NCBI GenBank assembly: GCA_964016885.1
Contig: OZ024745.1
Location: 130,634,001-130,698,000, forward strand
Direction: 5' to 3'
DNA length: 64,000 nt
Source of the DNA: Eledone cirrhosa
Lineage: Eukaryota
The notes beneath the pieces are model-generated. The model did no database searches. It was not told the origin of the DNA and saw only the letters and a program-made list of their open reading frames with translations. The translations under genes and the position numbers were made by a program. Below, piece by piece: positions 42,347-59,420 of the stretch. Within the stretch, counting starts at the first letter, position 1; every line of letters starts with the position of its first letter.

Positions 42347-42759
42347 CTTTCCCACCCACGTTCTAACACTTTATTCATACACGTATAGTCAGACACCACG
42401 AGACAACTGAATTCTAAAAAAAACTAGAAACTAAAAGGAAGTCTGTATTAAACCCCTTAACTCCTTATTCATAAACAGTTCGAAAAATATCCTTCTTCTG
42501 TATATACAGTTTGTTTTGGCTATTTTCCTTGTTTAAAACATTTTCTTTTTCTCCCTATTATTTTTACTGCTTTTGTTGTTTCTTTCGTTTACAAGTCTTG
42601 ATGCTTAAAGTTGTTATTGTTGCTTTCACGTTTTTTTGTTTTAGGGGTTTTTTTGTGTGTTTTCTGTTTAGTGTTTCTTCGATATTTTCTGGTATGTTTA
42701 TTTCCTATCTCAATTTCTCACTTAGTTATCATATTGCTTTTCACCATATCTATACTTTA

Positions 42760-44885
<2,126 letters not shown>

Positions 44886-45057
44886 TGTAATAAATATTCG
44901 CGTGATTTACTTTATCCAATTCTTATGTTATTTGTATTAGCTTGGTTTTTTTTCTTTTTGATTTGTTGTTAGTTTTTGTGTTGTTTTGTTTGTTGTCTCG
45001 TTGTTTCTCCTGCCTAATCTGCTCAGCAAACATGGTTGACTATCTTAAGCAGACAAC

Positions 45058-45167
<110 letters not shown>

Positions 45168-45168
45168 C

Positions 45169-45221
<53 letters not shown>

Positions 45222-45281
45222 TATATATATACATATATACATATATATATACATATAAATATGTGTATATATATTTATATA

Positions 45282-45356
<75 letters not shown>

Positions 45357-46232
45357 CCTATGTATTTAACTATTTCCCTCGTTTCAAATTGTTCACTGTC
45401 TTTCAACAATATTTGTTATATAGTTTTTGGTGTTTTTCTTATTTTTATTGGGGTTTTTTTTCCTATTTTCGTTTGTCTATGTCTTAGCTTTCGTTTATTA
45501 AATTCTTTTTTCTATTTTCTTTTCAACTGGACTAAAATTGCGACATTGTATTATAAGGTAACTGAAAGTTATTGATGCGTTATAAGTCCAAAGCTGGAAT
45601 AGAACATAAACTAAAATATACATATAATGAAAAATTAAATAAAATTTCTGACTGCTAGTTTTAAAAAATATTGTAAAATTTAAATTAAAAGTAACAAAAG
45701 TCACAGAAAACGAAAGAAACATAATAATAATTTTATGACAGGAACTGAAAAAAAGACGATGAAAGTTAAGGAAATACCAAAACTAAAAATCCAGAGGAAA
45801 ACATAAGGTTTAAATTAAAGAAATATAAATTCAAAAATAAGACACTTAAAAGGGAGAAGAAGCTACTGAAATGAAAAAAAGGAAAGAAGAAATGAATGCC
45901 AAGAGAACAAGATGGGAAAAAAAGGAATAGAACCGGAAGGTAAGAAGAAGGAATTAAATTATGAGTAAGAATAAGAATGAAAAAAATACATGAATGAAGT
46001 AAAACAAAAACCAAAATGAAAGAAAAGAAGAAGAGATGATAATACTTTTATATATTGAAAAGAATGAAAGAATGAGAAACTGAATGAAGATAACAAGAGA
46101 AATAACAGAGTGAAGGAAGATAGAAGTTTGAATAAACAGAAGGAGTAAAAAATGACAAATGGTAAGAATTTTAGAATGAATAAAATGATAGTTTAAATTA
46201 TGAAGAATAAAGATAAGAAAGAAGGAATATTG

Positions 46233-46313
<81 letters not shown>

Positions 46314-47689
46314 TTCTTTATTTGCCACAAGGGCGCACAAGAAAGGGGGACAATACAAAGACATGCCGGGGCTTTTACATACAGTCGTGTAAAAAAATAT
46401 AAAAACAAACAATTACAACAATCGATAGATAGATAGATAGTTAGATAGATAGATAGATACATATATATCAATGTTAATAGACAAAAAGATTGGTAGATAG
46501 ACAGATAGAGAGATTGAAAACAAGAGAAAGAAAGAGACAAAAGGAAAGAGAAAGAGACAAATAATATATTTAAAGAAAAGAATGAAGGAATGAAAGAATG
46601 AAGGAAAAATGAATAAACGAATAAATGAATGGAATGGAATATAAGAAGTAATAATAAGAAGAAACGAACATTCTATGACCATAAAAACGAACGTTGAATA
46701 GAAAGAACAAATTGTGTACATAAATATAATTAAATCAAGAAAAATAACAAAACATGTCAGCTGGTAACAATGGGAAGTTATGATTTAAGAGGGGTTTGAA
46801 AGAATAAAGATTGGACGATCAATAAGACGGAAGGAAGAAAGGAAATGGATAAGAAATGGGTGAAGAAGAGAGAAAAGTATCAGATGAAAAATTAAATTAT
46901 TTAAATAAAAAATCAAAACATGAAAAATTCTACAGATATGTTGTTTCACTAGATTGTTTCTTTATTGCTGAGGAAATGGTTTAAAGATTTTAAAATGGCA
47001 ATAGAACATCATCTGTGTAATATACCGAGTCATAAGACATTGATTAACTGGGATGGGATTATACCAGCGATTAGGAGAGAAATTTTGCATCTAAGGCTAT
47101 TTAAAATCTAAAGACAGGAATTACACCAGCTAAACAAAATTCCGTGTAAATAAAAACGAAGCATTTAGGAGCGGTTCGTGTCTTTAAGCCCAATTTAGAA
47201 AGTGGTGTACAAGTTCCAGAATATAGCAACGCTGTTGGCAAGATTTGCTTGCGTCTGTGTCTTTTTATTTCATTTACAGAACGCTCTACTTATTTTCCTC
47301 AACCCTATATATGCTTATCACTTGCCAACTGTCTTGAATATGCTTCGCTGAGAAAATCGAATATCTAAATAAGTCCATTGCTTTCGTCTGTTGATTTTAA
47401 AAGCAAGAAACTCTTAACAAATCTATAGTTTCCACACCTAGAACTGGGGTTGATGTCATCTACTGTACTTTCTCTTTAAATATGGGGCCTTGCACCCATA
47501 TAAAAAATCACATAATTTTTTATAATGCTATCGTTGATGTAGATATTGTTAAACACATACAGGCATATAGTCTGTCATTTTTTAATGAGTTGTATATTTA
47601 TTTAATAAGAATGGAATATTTTCCAAAGACGTTTTCTGCAGGAAGTATGGGCTAACATTTACTGTAGTGAGACAAAATGATAACCTAAA

Positions 47690-47972
47690 TCTAAGTCTAA
47701 AGTCCGCCTCAAGCCACAAGTCTCGTCAGGCCGAAGCCTATTTCGGTTTTGTGGCGTTAAGCTACTGAGAGTACAAGACTTCCCCTGACATCAGTCCATC
47801 GCAGGGTTAAACCCACAACTATTGCTGGTACTCATTTTCAGCTGAGTATACTGGAGAACAATAAATGAAGTTATTTTGCTCAGGAACACAACACACAACC
47901 CAGTCCAGGAATCTAACCCACGACATTATGATCGTAAGTCCAACACCCTTACCTACTGGCCACACGCCTCCA
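47690..47972 (-). mobile_element. tRNA-derived CORE-type SINE
   Basis: Minus strand TGGAGGCGTGTGGCCAGTAGGTAAG...TTGTGTTCCTGAGCAAAATAACTTCA; homologous to 1610-1870. Confidence 0.78.
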
Positions 47973-48476
47973 CAAACTGATTATAATCAATTAAAACTGA
48001 AACCTGTACAGAATATAAAATAGATTACCATTAATGATGGAGGAAACAAGAGGTGAAATCCGAAATTTTATTTGATTAAATTTAAATGGAGTTATACAGT
48101 GATTGATTCTGATTTTTGGTAACTGATGTATCAATCTTAAGATACCCCTTTATTGAAGTATAATGTAATTCTGTTTCCTGGAACGCGTTGTAGGATAGAG
48201 ATTTTAGTAAATATTATTGACTGATTAAGTCAATATAAACTAATGATATATGAATCTTGTGTGTGTCTGCAAATACACCCAGTACTAAGTCGTGAAGATT
48301 AGGTCAGGTTGCTCTCGATTGTTACTGGTAACATATAACCCAGTATATCTTGTCACAAGCTTTCTTGGTGATGTGGGAATTTTTCAAAATGGCATGAAAA
48401 CAAAATGTTTCGGGACCCACTGACAACATTACTTTACCGATGAGAATCATGAACATAGAGCATCTAATAGATGATT

Positions 48477-48599
<123 letters not shown>

Positions 48600-48603
48600 C
48601 TCG

Positions 48604-48643
<40 letters not shown>

Positions 48644-49067
48644 CTCTTTCTCTTTCTCTCTCTCTCTCTCTCTATCTCTATCTCAGAACGAATACAGCTG
48701 AATAATATGTACTCGGTAAAGCATGGATATATTCTAAACAATGTACAGTATTGCATATAAAATGCATTTTTTCCTTATAAGAATGTAAGATATTAATTAT
48801 ACATTATACTACACAGCATGTGGCATAATCTGATTGTAATCGTGGAATTGGTGTGCATGTATTCTAATTAACTTGGGTTGTAACCAAAAAGAAGCTTGAC
48901 AAATTATATTATCATATGCAAAATGGATTGTCACATGTTGTATGCTGCAATATATATAATTATTCTTACTCGTCTTTTTATTTTATTCTCTATCTTCGTA
49001 AGGAAAAATCAGTATTTTACTACGAAATAAGTAATTCACTTATATTTGGACTATAGAGTTACAATCT

Positions 49068-49378
49068 ACAGTGGAGCCTTCTGGCGCCCTTGGCCCTAGG
49101 ACCACCTCCCTAGGCACCACCATCGGCACACAGTTGGCTATCCGTAGGTGTGAGCCTCGCGAGCTGGAATGACTCTCCAAACTCGTATTCCTCAAAGTCC
49201 TCCGGGGAAACGCCTTCTCTATTCTCTCCACAGGGGCCGTGAGGCGGCCAATGCATGGGCCCCCATATGTTTATAATAGTGAGAGATGGGGAGAGCAGGA
49301 GAGACGGAGGCAGTGACAATGGGAGTTTGGTTCCTTTGTGTTCGGACCTGGTGTATATGAATATATTTATTTACTACA
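49068..49378. repeat. Unclassified ~320-bp interspersed repeat, copy 2 (inverted)
   Basis: Homology to 27770-28090. Confidence 0.8.
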
Positions 49379-49559
49379 ACAAAATACAGACTCCAGTTTC
49401 CCGGAAGAAGTTTATTTGTCCATCTACAGTTTTGAAGATGATTTGTCATTTGTTTTACTGCTTGGGTTACAGGCGGAATTTGCAAACCTCGCGTCAAGTG
49501 TTTTACTTTGCTCCATTCTCTAGATATATAATCTTCTTGAGATACATGTATAATCTTTA

Positions 49560-49780
49560 GAGATCAGTGCCGGAATAAAAATAACACAGAGATGAGAGCC
49601 GGATTAGAGACTCTAGAGATGAGTGCCGGATTGCAGACTCTAGAGATGAGTGCCGGATTTAGAAAATACCAGAGCTGGATTAAAAATAATTGGGATGTGT
49701 ACCGGATTAAAAATAATAAATATCGGTGCAGGATCGAAAATAATATGGATCAGTGCCGGATTAAAAATAATAGGGATGTT
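49560..49780 (+). repeat. Degenerate 27-bp minisatellite, about 8 units
   Basis: Unit approximately GAGATGAGTGCCGGATTAGAGACTCTA / GGATCAGTGCCGGATTAAAAATAATA. Confidence 0.85.
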
Positions 49781-50706
49781 TGCTGTATTTAATGTTTAGG
49801 GGTTCTTGAAAGACAGAATATTTTCACATTCGAGAACCATTGCAGAGCTGATAACACTAGAAAATAAAATACAGTATATGATAAAGTGTCTGGTACAACT
49901 TGTGACCGTATTGTAGAGACGAGAGATAAATAAAACCTGATGTAATCCAGAAAGGATTGTTTGATAAAACTGACATTTATTTGAAATGGCCAGTCAAGAT
50001 ACATAAACTGATACATTTCCTTGAACAGAGATTTTAAAAAACACCATTACCTTAGAATTTGTGTGCTAGCATTTGTTATACAAGATAACCATTGTGGAAA
50101 TCTGCAGGACGTCTTCTGTGAGGAATCTTTTTCAAAATTACCAGCATTCTTTTCTGGGGGCTACTGTCAAACTCCAGCCTACACATTAAGCCACATTTTT
50201 TTTAAAATCCCTTTGGCAACTATTCTAACCATTAACATAACTGGAGATGCGAAGTTTTCGCACGTGTTACTTAGTTCGTTATCATCTCTGAATTACACAC
50301 TACCAGGAACAACGGTTCTCCGGGGAAATCTTGTGCTGAATATTTTATGAAAATTATATCGAAGGATTCAGCATGATTGCAAAAGGGCAGCAAAAGATTC
50401 ATTATCACACATTAATACTTAAATGTGACACAAGGGAAAAACGGTAAAACGGTACAAGGAAATATAATGGTTAGTGACGTAACGTTTTAGAAAATGGAGC
50501 TAATAAGCAAAATTGCATCGATAACTTTCAACAAAAATGTTCGTAGTTTTCATACCTTTCAAAAAAATGTTAGTGATTATTTTTATATATTTTAATAAAA
50601 AATATTGGTGATTTGTTTGAGGACAAGTTGTGGGTTTATAATGAATATAAGCTAGACATCAACAGAGATGATGAGGTCTACCTGTTATATTGGCATTATA
50701 CTTGTA

Positions 50707-50878
50707 CGGTAGAGGGTCGGACGCCATGCTTTGACGCATAGAGTTACGGCCCTTGCCATTCTAAGTTCACATCCCGCCGAGGTTAACTTTACCTTTCATC
50801 CTTACGGGGTTGATACAATAAAGTACCAGTAATACACTGGGTAATTTCTGGCCTTGTGCCAAAAGTAGAAACAATTAT
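50707..50878 (+). mobile_element. SINE-M
   Basis: Consensus match. Confidence 0.85.
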
Positions 50879-50954
50879 ACTTGTACACCACTTTTTTCTA
50901 CCATATATATTTGCAATAGTTTTCAAAATATCCATACCCTGAAAAGCTAAAGTG

Positions 50955-51482
<528 letters not shown>

Positions 51483-52493
51483 TATATATATATATAAATA
51501 TATTCTTTTTTTATTCTTTTTCATCATTGGACTGTGGCCTTGATATGCACTCACTAGAGTTTGACATATTTTAGTAGTAACTAAAAGATACAGTTGTCTC
51601 TTAATCAGTTTTTTGTATAAAGTAATTTTACGTTAATTTCTTTTTTAAATATAGTTCTGAAAGGGAAGCAAACTTAAAATATAACAATAAATTATTGCTT
51701 TCAATAAATTTTCCATATCTTAGATATTTTAATATATTGCTTCGGGGAAGATGAGATTAGACATTTAAAATTCAGGAGAATATTATGGATGCAATCGAAA
51801 TTTAATAAAATTATAGAAAATAGCAGCCATTTTGTAGGATCGGCTTAACGTGAGTTTATGATAAATTTTGAGTATCTAAAATAATTTTGTTTTATTTTTC
51901 CGTTATGTCATGGCTTTAGATGTCATACTCGTACATATAATCAAATACAAATTTGCGTATACATTTGATAGTACGTATTTATATGCTTGTGTGTGTGTGC
52001 GTGTGTGTGCCTGTGTGTATGAGTATGTGTGCCTGTGTGTGTGTGTATGTGTGTGTGCCTGTGTCTGTGATTGTGCGTGTGTCTGTGCCTGTATCTGTGT
52101 GTGTGGGGGGGGTAGATGCATTTGCGTCATTGATCAGAGAGAAATAATAAAACAAAAACAAGGTTTTACATATGAAAATAAAGATATAAATTTAACTGGA
52201 TATTTTTATTTACCCTACAAGAATGTTCACAGAATCAGAATTTGTCAGCATTTTGCAAATTAAGTGCTTTAAAAATTATGTTTATTTATACGAATGTATT
52301 GTTTTCATTCTTCGCTTGCATTTACGTTGTGTATATTACTTTGTGTGTAAAGTGTATGTTGGTTATTTTAACACGTCATTCTTCCCTACCTCTCACCTAC
52401 CTTCTATCCTTGCACATCTTCGCCCACTGCACACCCTATTTTGTTTTAAGCATACTCTATCTCTTTTTCATTACATCTCATTTGTTGTTGCAT

Positions 52494-52534
<41 letters not shown>

Positions 52535-52563
52535 ATATATATATATATATATATTTATGTGTA

Positions 52564-52608
<45 letters not shown>

Positions 52609-52643
52609 GTGTGTGTGTGTGTGTATATATATGTGTATATATA

Positions 52644-52696
<53 letters not shown>

Positions 52697-52697
52697 A

Positions 52698-52736
<39 letters not shown>

Positions 52737-52759
52737 TACATATATATATACAAACATAT

Positions 52760-52831
<72 letters not shown>

Positions 52832-52927
52832 GTATGTATATATATTTATCTTTGTGTCCGTCATATTTTCTTTCATTTCTTTCATTTAACTCCTTGCTAT
52901 ATTGTTGTGTTATATTTCTGTGTCCTT

Positions 52928-52958
<31 letters not shown>

Positions 52959-53442
52959 CTCTTTCTCCCTACGTTGACTCTCCCCGCTTCTTTAATTATC
53001 ACTAACTCTATATTTATCAGACTGAGCATCATTCCAACCAAAACTGATATATATATATTTTTTTTTTTACAAACCTTTTAATATTTACTGTTTTGAAGTT
53101 TTGAAAATCAATTTATTTTTCAGATGTTATTGTCATATGTGTTTTCGTTTTATTATACTCATTGCGCTTCTGTTAGTTTTCTTCTTTGTCTCATTTCCAG
53201 TATTATTCAATATTATGCATTACTATTTTCTTTCTTTCTTATCTCTGCCACTCTCTCGCATCCCTGCGCCATTTTGATGTAATTGTGTAATGATGGTTTA
53301 TTTTTTTCCTCATTTTGAACGCAATATTCAGTTCGCTCGTAGACTGACAATATTTGTTTGTTATTTAGATAAACCAAATGTTCGTACTATCCTAATAATT
53401 TTCAATATCTGGTTTTATATATATATACATACATACATATGT

Positions 53443-53640
<198 letters not shown>

Positions 53641-53971
53641 AAGATTGAAAATTTTTGTTTAATGCATTTAATAGCTAACAGTCGTTTCTTCCATACAAAT
53701 GTTTGGATTCATCGGAGCATAGACGATGTTAAAACAAATAAATTCGTAATCCTTAGGACATTTATTATGATACATTATATTTGAGAAAACTAATTATAAT
53801 TATTAGTAACACTTACAATATACTGAAGAATAAGAGCGAAATAATATCACAATGAAAAGACAGCAAAATATTGAAAAGTATTATAAAAAGAAGGTGTTTT
53901 GAAGATATATGATACATGCAAGGAATATTACCTAAAAGTGAATATATCAAGAGTATCAGACCAAGAATATA

Positions 53972-54162
53972 AATAATTGTTTCTACTTTTAGCACAAGGC
54001 CAGCAATTATCCCAGTACATTACCGGTACTTTATTTTATCGACCCCGTAAGGATGAAAGGCAAAGTTAACCTCGGCAGGATTTGAACTCAGAATGGCAAG
54101 GGCCGAAACTCTATGCGTCATAGCATGGCGTCCGACCCTCTACCGATACTGCCAATCCACCG
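53972..54162 (-). mobile_element. SINE-M
   Basis: Full consensus match. Confidence 0.87.
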
Positions 54163-54241
54163 CAAACAAATGGTATGGATATTAAGGTCCTTCTTTAATG
54201 ATGTGATGACATTTGTAGTACTAATTCGATGTCTTTGTTTC

Positions 54242-54322
<81 letters not shown>

Positions 54323-54391
54323 TTATATATTTATATATATATATAAATATATTTATATATTTATATATATATATATATATATGTGTGGGGG

Positions 54392-54431
<40 letters not shown>

Positions 54432-54652
54432 TTTATTTGCTGACAATTGTTTCTTCCAGAGAGAAGTCTGGTTTCATCGGAGTATAGGGAATGTTAAAAC
54501 ATGTGACTAAAATCCTAATCATTCAGAACATTTATGGTACATAATAGTTGTTAGTGTCATAGACATCATGTGGAAAGTGAGGAGTTTAAAAGATGTTATG
54601 CTTGAGAGAACCCAATTACAGGCAGCACTGGTTGAAATTGTAAGAGGTATAA

Positions 54653-55491
54653 TGTACTGTTATTATGGGTGGCATATGAAAAGACTTCAATATATATATA
54701 TATATATATATATTTCGTTTCTGAATTTGTTTAGCAAGATTCTTTATCTGAAAACGTGTGTTGAAACCGATATTGTTATACTTTGTGAGGGTCATGTTGC
54801 CAATAAGAAACACACGCACCAGCTGCTTTCACTTCAATTTATTATAAATTAAATTTATAAATTTAGGAATTTATAAATTTCCGGTTGGTTGGTTCCACAA
54901 CCAGACGATTGTTCATATATTGTCAAAGTTCTTTCGTCACACATTCTGTGACCTCTTCAGTGACTGGGGATTCTTTTCTTTTCTTTGTTTTTGTGCCTCT
55001 CCTTTGTTCTGTCCTACGCCATCTTGTTTTTGTGTGTGTTGTGTGCTTAGTTTGCGCATGTGTTACATCCGGGTGTCTGTGTGTGTTTATATTTGTTTAT
55101 TTATTTATCTGTTTATTTACATGTTACTGGTTGGTTGTTTGTTCTATGTGTGTATGTGTTTTCATTTTGTCCTTAATTGTAAGTTGTGATATTGCTATTC
55201 CATTCATGCTTTCTATTTAATTTTGAAGTGGTCACAGAATGTGTGACGAAAGAACTTTGACAATATATGAACAATCGTCTGGTTGTGGAACCAACCAACC
55301 AACCGGAAATTTATAAATTCCTAAATTTATAAATTTAATTTATAATAAATTGAAGTGAAAGCAACTGGTGCGTGTGTTTCTTATTGGCAACATGACCCTC
55401 ACAAAGTATAACAATATATATATATATATATATTGAACATTCTCGGAAGTCTTTTCATATGCCACCTATAATAACAGTACACCGCCATAAA
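54653..55491. mobile_element. Family E nested inverted-repeat element
   Basis: Inner arms 54770-54959 versus 55224-55417; outer arms 54653-54688 versus 55456-55491, beyond the TA tracts. Confidence 0.85.
54922..54964 (-). ncRNA. Minimal type-I hammerhead motif (family E)
   Basis: Minus strand GTCA-CTGAAGA-G-GTCACA-GAATG-TGTGAC-GAAA-GAAC-TT/TGAC; the copy in the opposite arm (55223-55261) has a mutated core TTGAAGT. Confidence 0.6.
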
Positions 55492-56388
55492 CGGTGTCTA
55501 GTCTAATACCGCTGTTAAGCTGTATTTGAAGACATACGTTGCACATTGAAATGAACGCACTATGGCGTGTTAGCATTTTGTAAGTACATCATACTTGTGT
55601 TTGCATACATGAACAATAATTACAGCATGTAGACATATCCTCTACACATTAGAAACTTTTGCGGCTTAAATCACGTTACATAATGCTAAAGATTAATAAC
55701 ATTAATTCCCTTCACTGCCTTGCTTTTGTATCTCTCCTATTTGGCTTTAAAACCGGTATATATATATATATATGTATGTATATATATAATATAAATATAT
55801 ATATGAATATATATTATATTATATTATATATATATATATTATATATATATGTCTTTCTATTTTTACTCCCTTCACGCTTTTCCTGTATCTCTCAGTATTT
55901 CTCTCAGTTTATTTATGTCATTCCTCTTCCATCGCCATTTCACATTTGTCCTGCAAATAGATTGATCATTGTTTTCCTTGATCTTTCATCTAAGAATATC
56001 CTGCATATATATAAAAACCGCTGTTCGCAAAATACTACGTCACTCGATTTTAATTACAATTGAAACACGACCAAATCTTCAGAATACTGATTTGTGTATA
56101 TGAAACACTGTGCTAGTATTTATAAATATATGAAAAATAACAAGAATAAAATCAAGAATAATAATAGACACACCAGACTAATGAAATATGTGTTAATACT
56201 TTGAATAAACCCTATTGTACAACCGATCCATGTTATTCTTCTATTATTACTCCAAGAACCGCCTACCTAGAAACTGTCTTGAATCGGCCACCCGAACACC
56301 ACAACTAAGGAAACTTCTTGTTAAAAGCTATCCTCGATACAGAGTACTCATAACTTCTTGAATTGCCTTAAACGATACCTCGTTAACT

Positions 56389-56460
<72 letters not shown>

Positions 56461-56462
<2 letters not shown>

Positions 56463-56783
56463 CTGGCAGGAAGGTATACGTTGCTGACGATAGCTAATAA
56501 GCTTGAAACTAGTACAGCGTTCCTTTGCCAGTGTTGAACAAACGAGCAACGATGGTTGCTGGACACTACGGCTTAATACGGGATGTTTGTTTACAAACAC
56601 ACCGAGCATTATAATAAATGTTCGGTGAATCCATACGTACATATATATATGTGTGCATGTATGTATATATATATACATACTACTGTACGTCTGTATACAT
56701 ATATGTATGTACGTGTACATACTTATATTTAAGTAACAGCCGTACTAAGAGTGGGAAATGAAATTTCGTTTCTTTTTTTCCGT
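56461..56783 (+). mobile_element. Family A hammerhead-bearing element
   Basis: Reverse-complement homology to 13927-14263; TA tracts on both sides. Confidence 0.82.
56463..56531 (+). ncRNA. Minimal type-I hammerhead ribozyme motif (family A, best preserved)
   Basis: CTGGCAGGAAGG-TAT-ACGTTG-CTGACGA-T-AGCT-AATA-AGCT-T-GAAA-CTAG-TA/CAGCGT-T-CCTTTGCCAG: complete core, palindromic stem III (ACTAGT), extended stem I. Confidence 0.8.
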
Positions 56784-57110
56784 TTATATATATATATATA
56801 AATCCCATCATATATCAAAAACAAATAAAAACCAAATGTTACATCTGTCTGAAGAGAACATGTCAAATTGTTATTATGCAATCGCTTTAACGTTTTCGAA
56901 ATGGGTATAACAATATTATATAATAAACAGAGGATGTACATTTAAAACGGTCTCACTTCTTTATAATATTGACACTCCGGTTGATACCTTATTGATAATA
57001 CTTTGAGGAATACAAATCGGAAAGTAATTTACGTCTGTTTGCGACCAAAGTCGGTGGATTATCTGATCAACCAACTTTCTTAAATTGAATAATGTATATA
57101 TACATATATA

Positions 57111-57212
<102 letters not shown>

Positions 57213-57283
57213 TGCATGTTTCGAGAACTAGCTGTTGAAACGAAAAGAGCTCAGCCGTTGTGTACCGACGCTTTATAATATGT

Positions 57284-57351
<68 letters not shown>

Positions 57352-57390
57352 ATATTAAATAAATGGAAACTATATTTATAAAACCATATT

Positions 57391-57455
57391 TATTTTATTA
57401 TATATATTTCAAGGGCAACCGAGACAACATTGGTGCGCTTTCATCAGATAAAATA
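57391..57455 (-). ncRNA. Minimal type-I hammerhead motif (family B; element spans 57347-57492)
   Basis: Minus strand TATTTTAT-CTGATGA-AAGCGCACC-AATGTTGTCTC-GGTTGCCCTT-GAAA-TATATA-TA/ATAAAATA; perfect 8-bp stem I. Confidence 0.7.
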
Positions 57456-57502
57456 CAAAGTTTGTTTTATAAATAGAGACGTACCCATGAAATATATTTA
57501 AT

Positions 57503-57550
<48 letters not shown>

Positions 57551-58443
57551 ATTTAACATGTAGTTAAAGATAAAGGGGAAGTCATTATAGTGTATTTTTA
57601 ATCCCGCAGGTTGTGATTTAATATAATTGGAAAAGAAAAAAAATTCAAATCATGCATTATATAATGATTCATCAGAATATTAAAAGTTGAAAAAAAAGAT
57701 GTGATGTAGTAAATGTGTTTGCTTGCTTGTTTCTCTATCGTTAGTCACATCGTTTTTTTATTATTATCTTATTACTATTATTATTATTACCATTAGAATT
57801 ATTATTATTATTATTATTATTTTTACTGTTTTATTACTATTATTGTTGTTGTTGCTGTTGTTGTTGTTGTTGTTATTGTTATTATTGTTGTTGTTATCAT
57901 TTGTTTTTAGGGTGGTTGTTTTGATAATATTATTTCTGCTTTCATGTTTGTTGTGGCATTGCTTAGTTTTGACAGCAATATTTTTGTCTTTGTATATTGT
58001 GGTTTTTCTAGTATATATTTTCAGTATTATTTCTTTTCCTACTAATTATTTGTTTGTTTTGAGCGTTTCACTCGTTCTGTGTACTGTAATATATGCTGTA
58101 TGTGTTATTTCGTAATATTTAAAATATATTCTGGCTGCTGTTGTTTTTGTTTTTGCTGCACTGGTAGACATGTTTTAGTATGATACGTTTTGTTTGTATT
58201 GCTTTGCGGCCTATCGGGTTATTTGTACGGATGTATGTATGTCTGTATGATCTCTGTATGAATTGTCACACATACGCAAGTACACATGCAAGCGCATATA
58301 TACACACACACAAGCACACATACAAGCACATATATAACTACACACACAAGCACACATACAGGCATAGAAGCACATATATAGACACACATGAGCACACATG
58401 AAAGCACATATATATATACACACACGCACATACACACAAAAAC

Positions 58444-58513
<70 letters not shown>

Positions 58514-59002
58514 ATATGGTAAATTTCTTTAAGTCGTTTGGAAGCCTCGACAATGCAGATGGGTAAATCTCCGGGTAACAAGATCCGGTGGTAGAGAGAG
58601 ATGTAAGTGGGTGTACATTGAGATGCGTGGCGTGTATAAGACTGTAACGTGTAGAGGAATGAAGGAAAGAGCGTAAAGGATAAAAATAAAAATAACAACA
58701 CAAGAAAGAGTTACCTTGGGAGAGATTTACTTGTCCTTATATATTTCGGATTCACATCCATCAACTGGGTTTTTTTCCGGGCGGGGAGGGAGGTTGTCTG
58801 TCGGAAAGGTGCGAAACGTGTCCTCCGCTGTTCGTTGTTTTGAATATCTGAGGTATTAGGCAGAGCGCGCGTGCGTGTGAAATGGGGTCGGTCAGGCAGA
58901 GATCAGCGGCCGAAATAGTTTATTCAATTGTGGGTGTGGGGTGGCGCTAGCTGTCAGTCCATTCTCTGCTTGTTTGGTGAATGTTACTGTGTGTGTGCAT
59001 GT

Positions 59003-59085
59003 ATTTAAGCAAAGAATCGCTGCTTTCACCCTTAACGGGATCTTCTGAAATCCTCTTGGGATTTTAGTTTTCAAATTTATTAATA
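59003..59085 (-). mobile_element. Family D copy
   Basis: TTTAAGCAAAGAATCGCTGCTTTCACCCTTAACGGGATCTTCTGAAA is identical to 34568-34614. Confidence 0.8.
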
Positions 59086-59097
59086 TATATATATATA

Positions 59098-59248
59098 TTT
59101 AAAACTAAAACTGAATGCTAACTAATACTTATTACTAATTTATACTTATTCCTAATTAAACTATTTTTCACTGGGAAAAATGTGTCCCCAATTTCTTTTC
59201 CTTTTTACTAATATATATTACTAATATATATTAGTAAAAAGGAATTTA

Positions 59249-59310
<62 letters not shown>

Positions 59311-59420
59311 TAAAAAGGAAAAGAAAATCGGGACACATTTTTCCCAGTGAAAAATAGTTTAATTAGGAATAAGTATAAATTAGTAATAAGTATTAGTTAG
59401 CATTCAGTTTTAGTTTTAAA
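59098..59420. repeat. ~117-bp inverted arms enclosing a TA tract
   Basis: 59098-59215 versus 59303-59420 with a few mismatches; extra mini-inversion at 59216-59250. Confidence 0.92.

Noticed and set aside
47715-47750. CTGACGA in CORE-SINE tails (also 1515-1525)
   Set aside because: No downstream GAAA-NUH or hammerhead stems
56848-56915. CTGAAGA...GAAA pair (similar cases at 11600, 26945, 41530, 58745)
   Set aside because: Stems I-III do not pair convincingly
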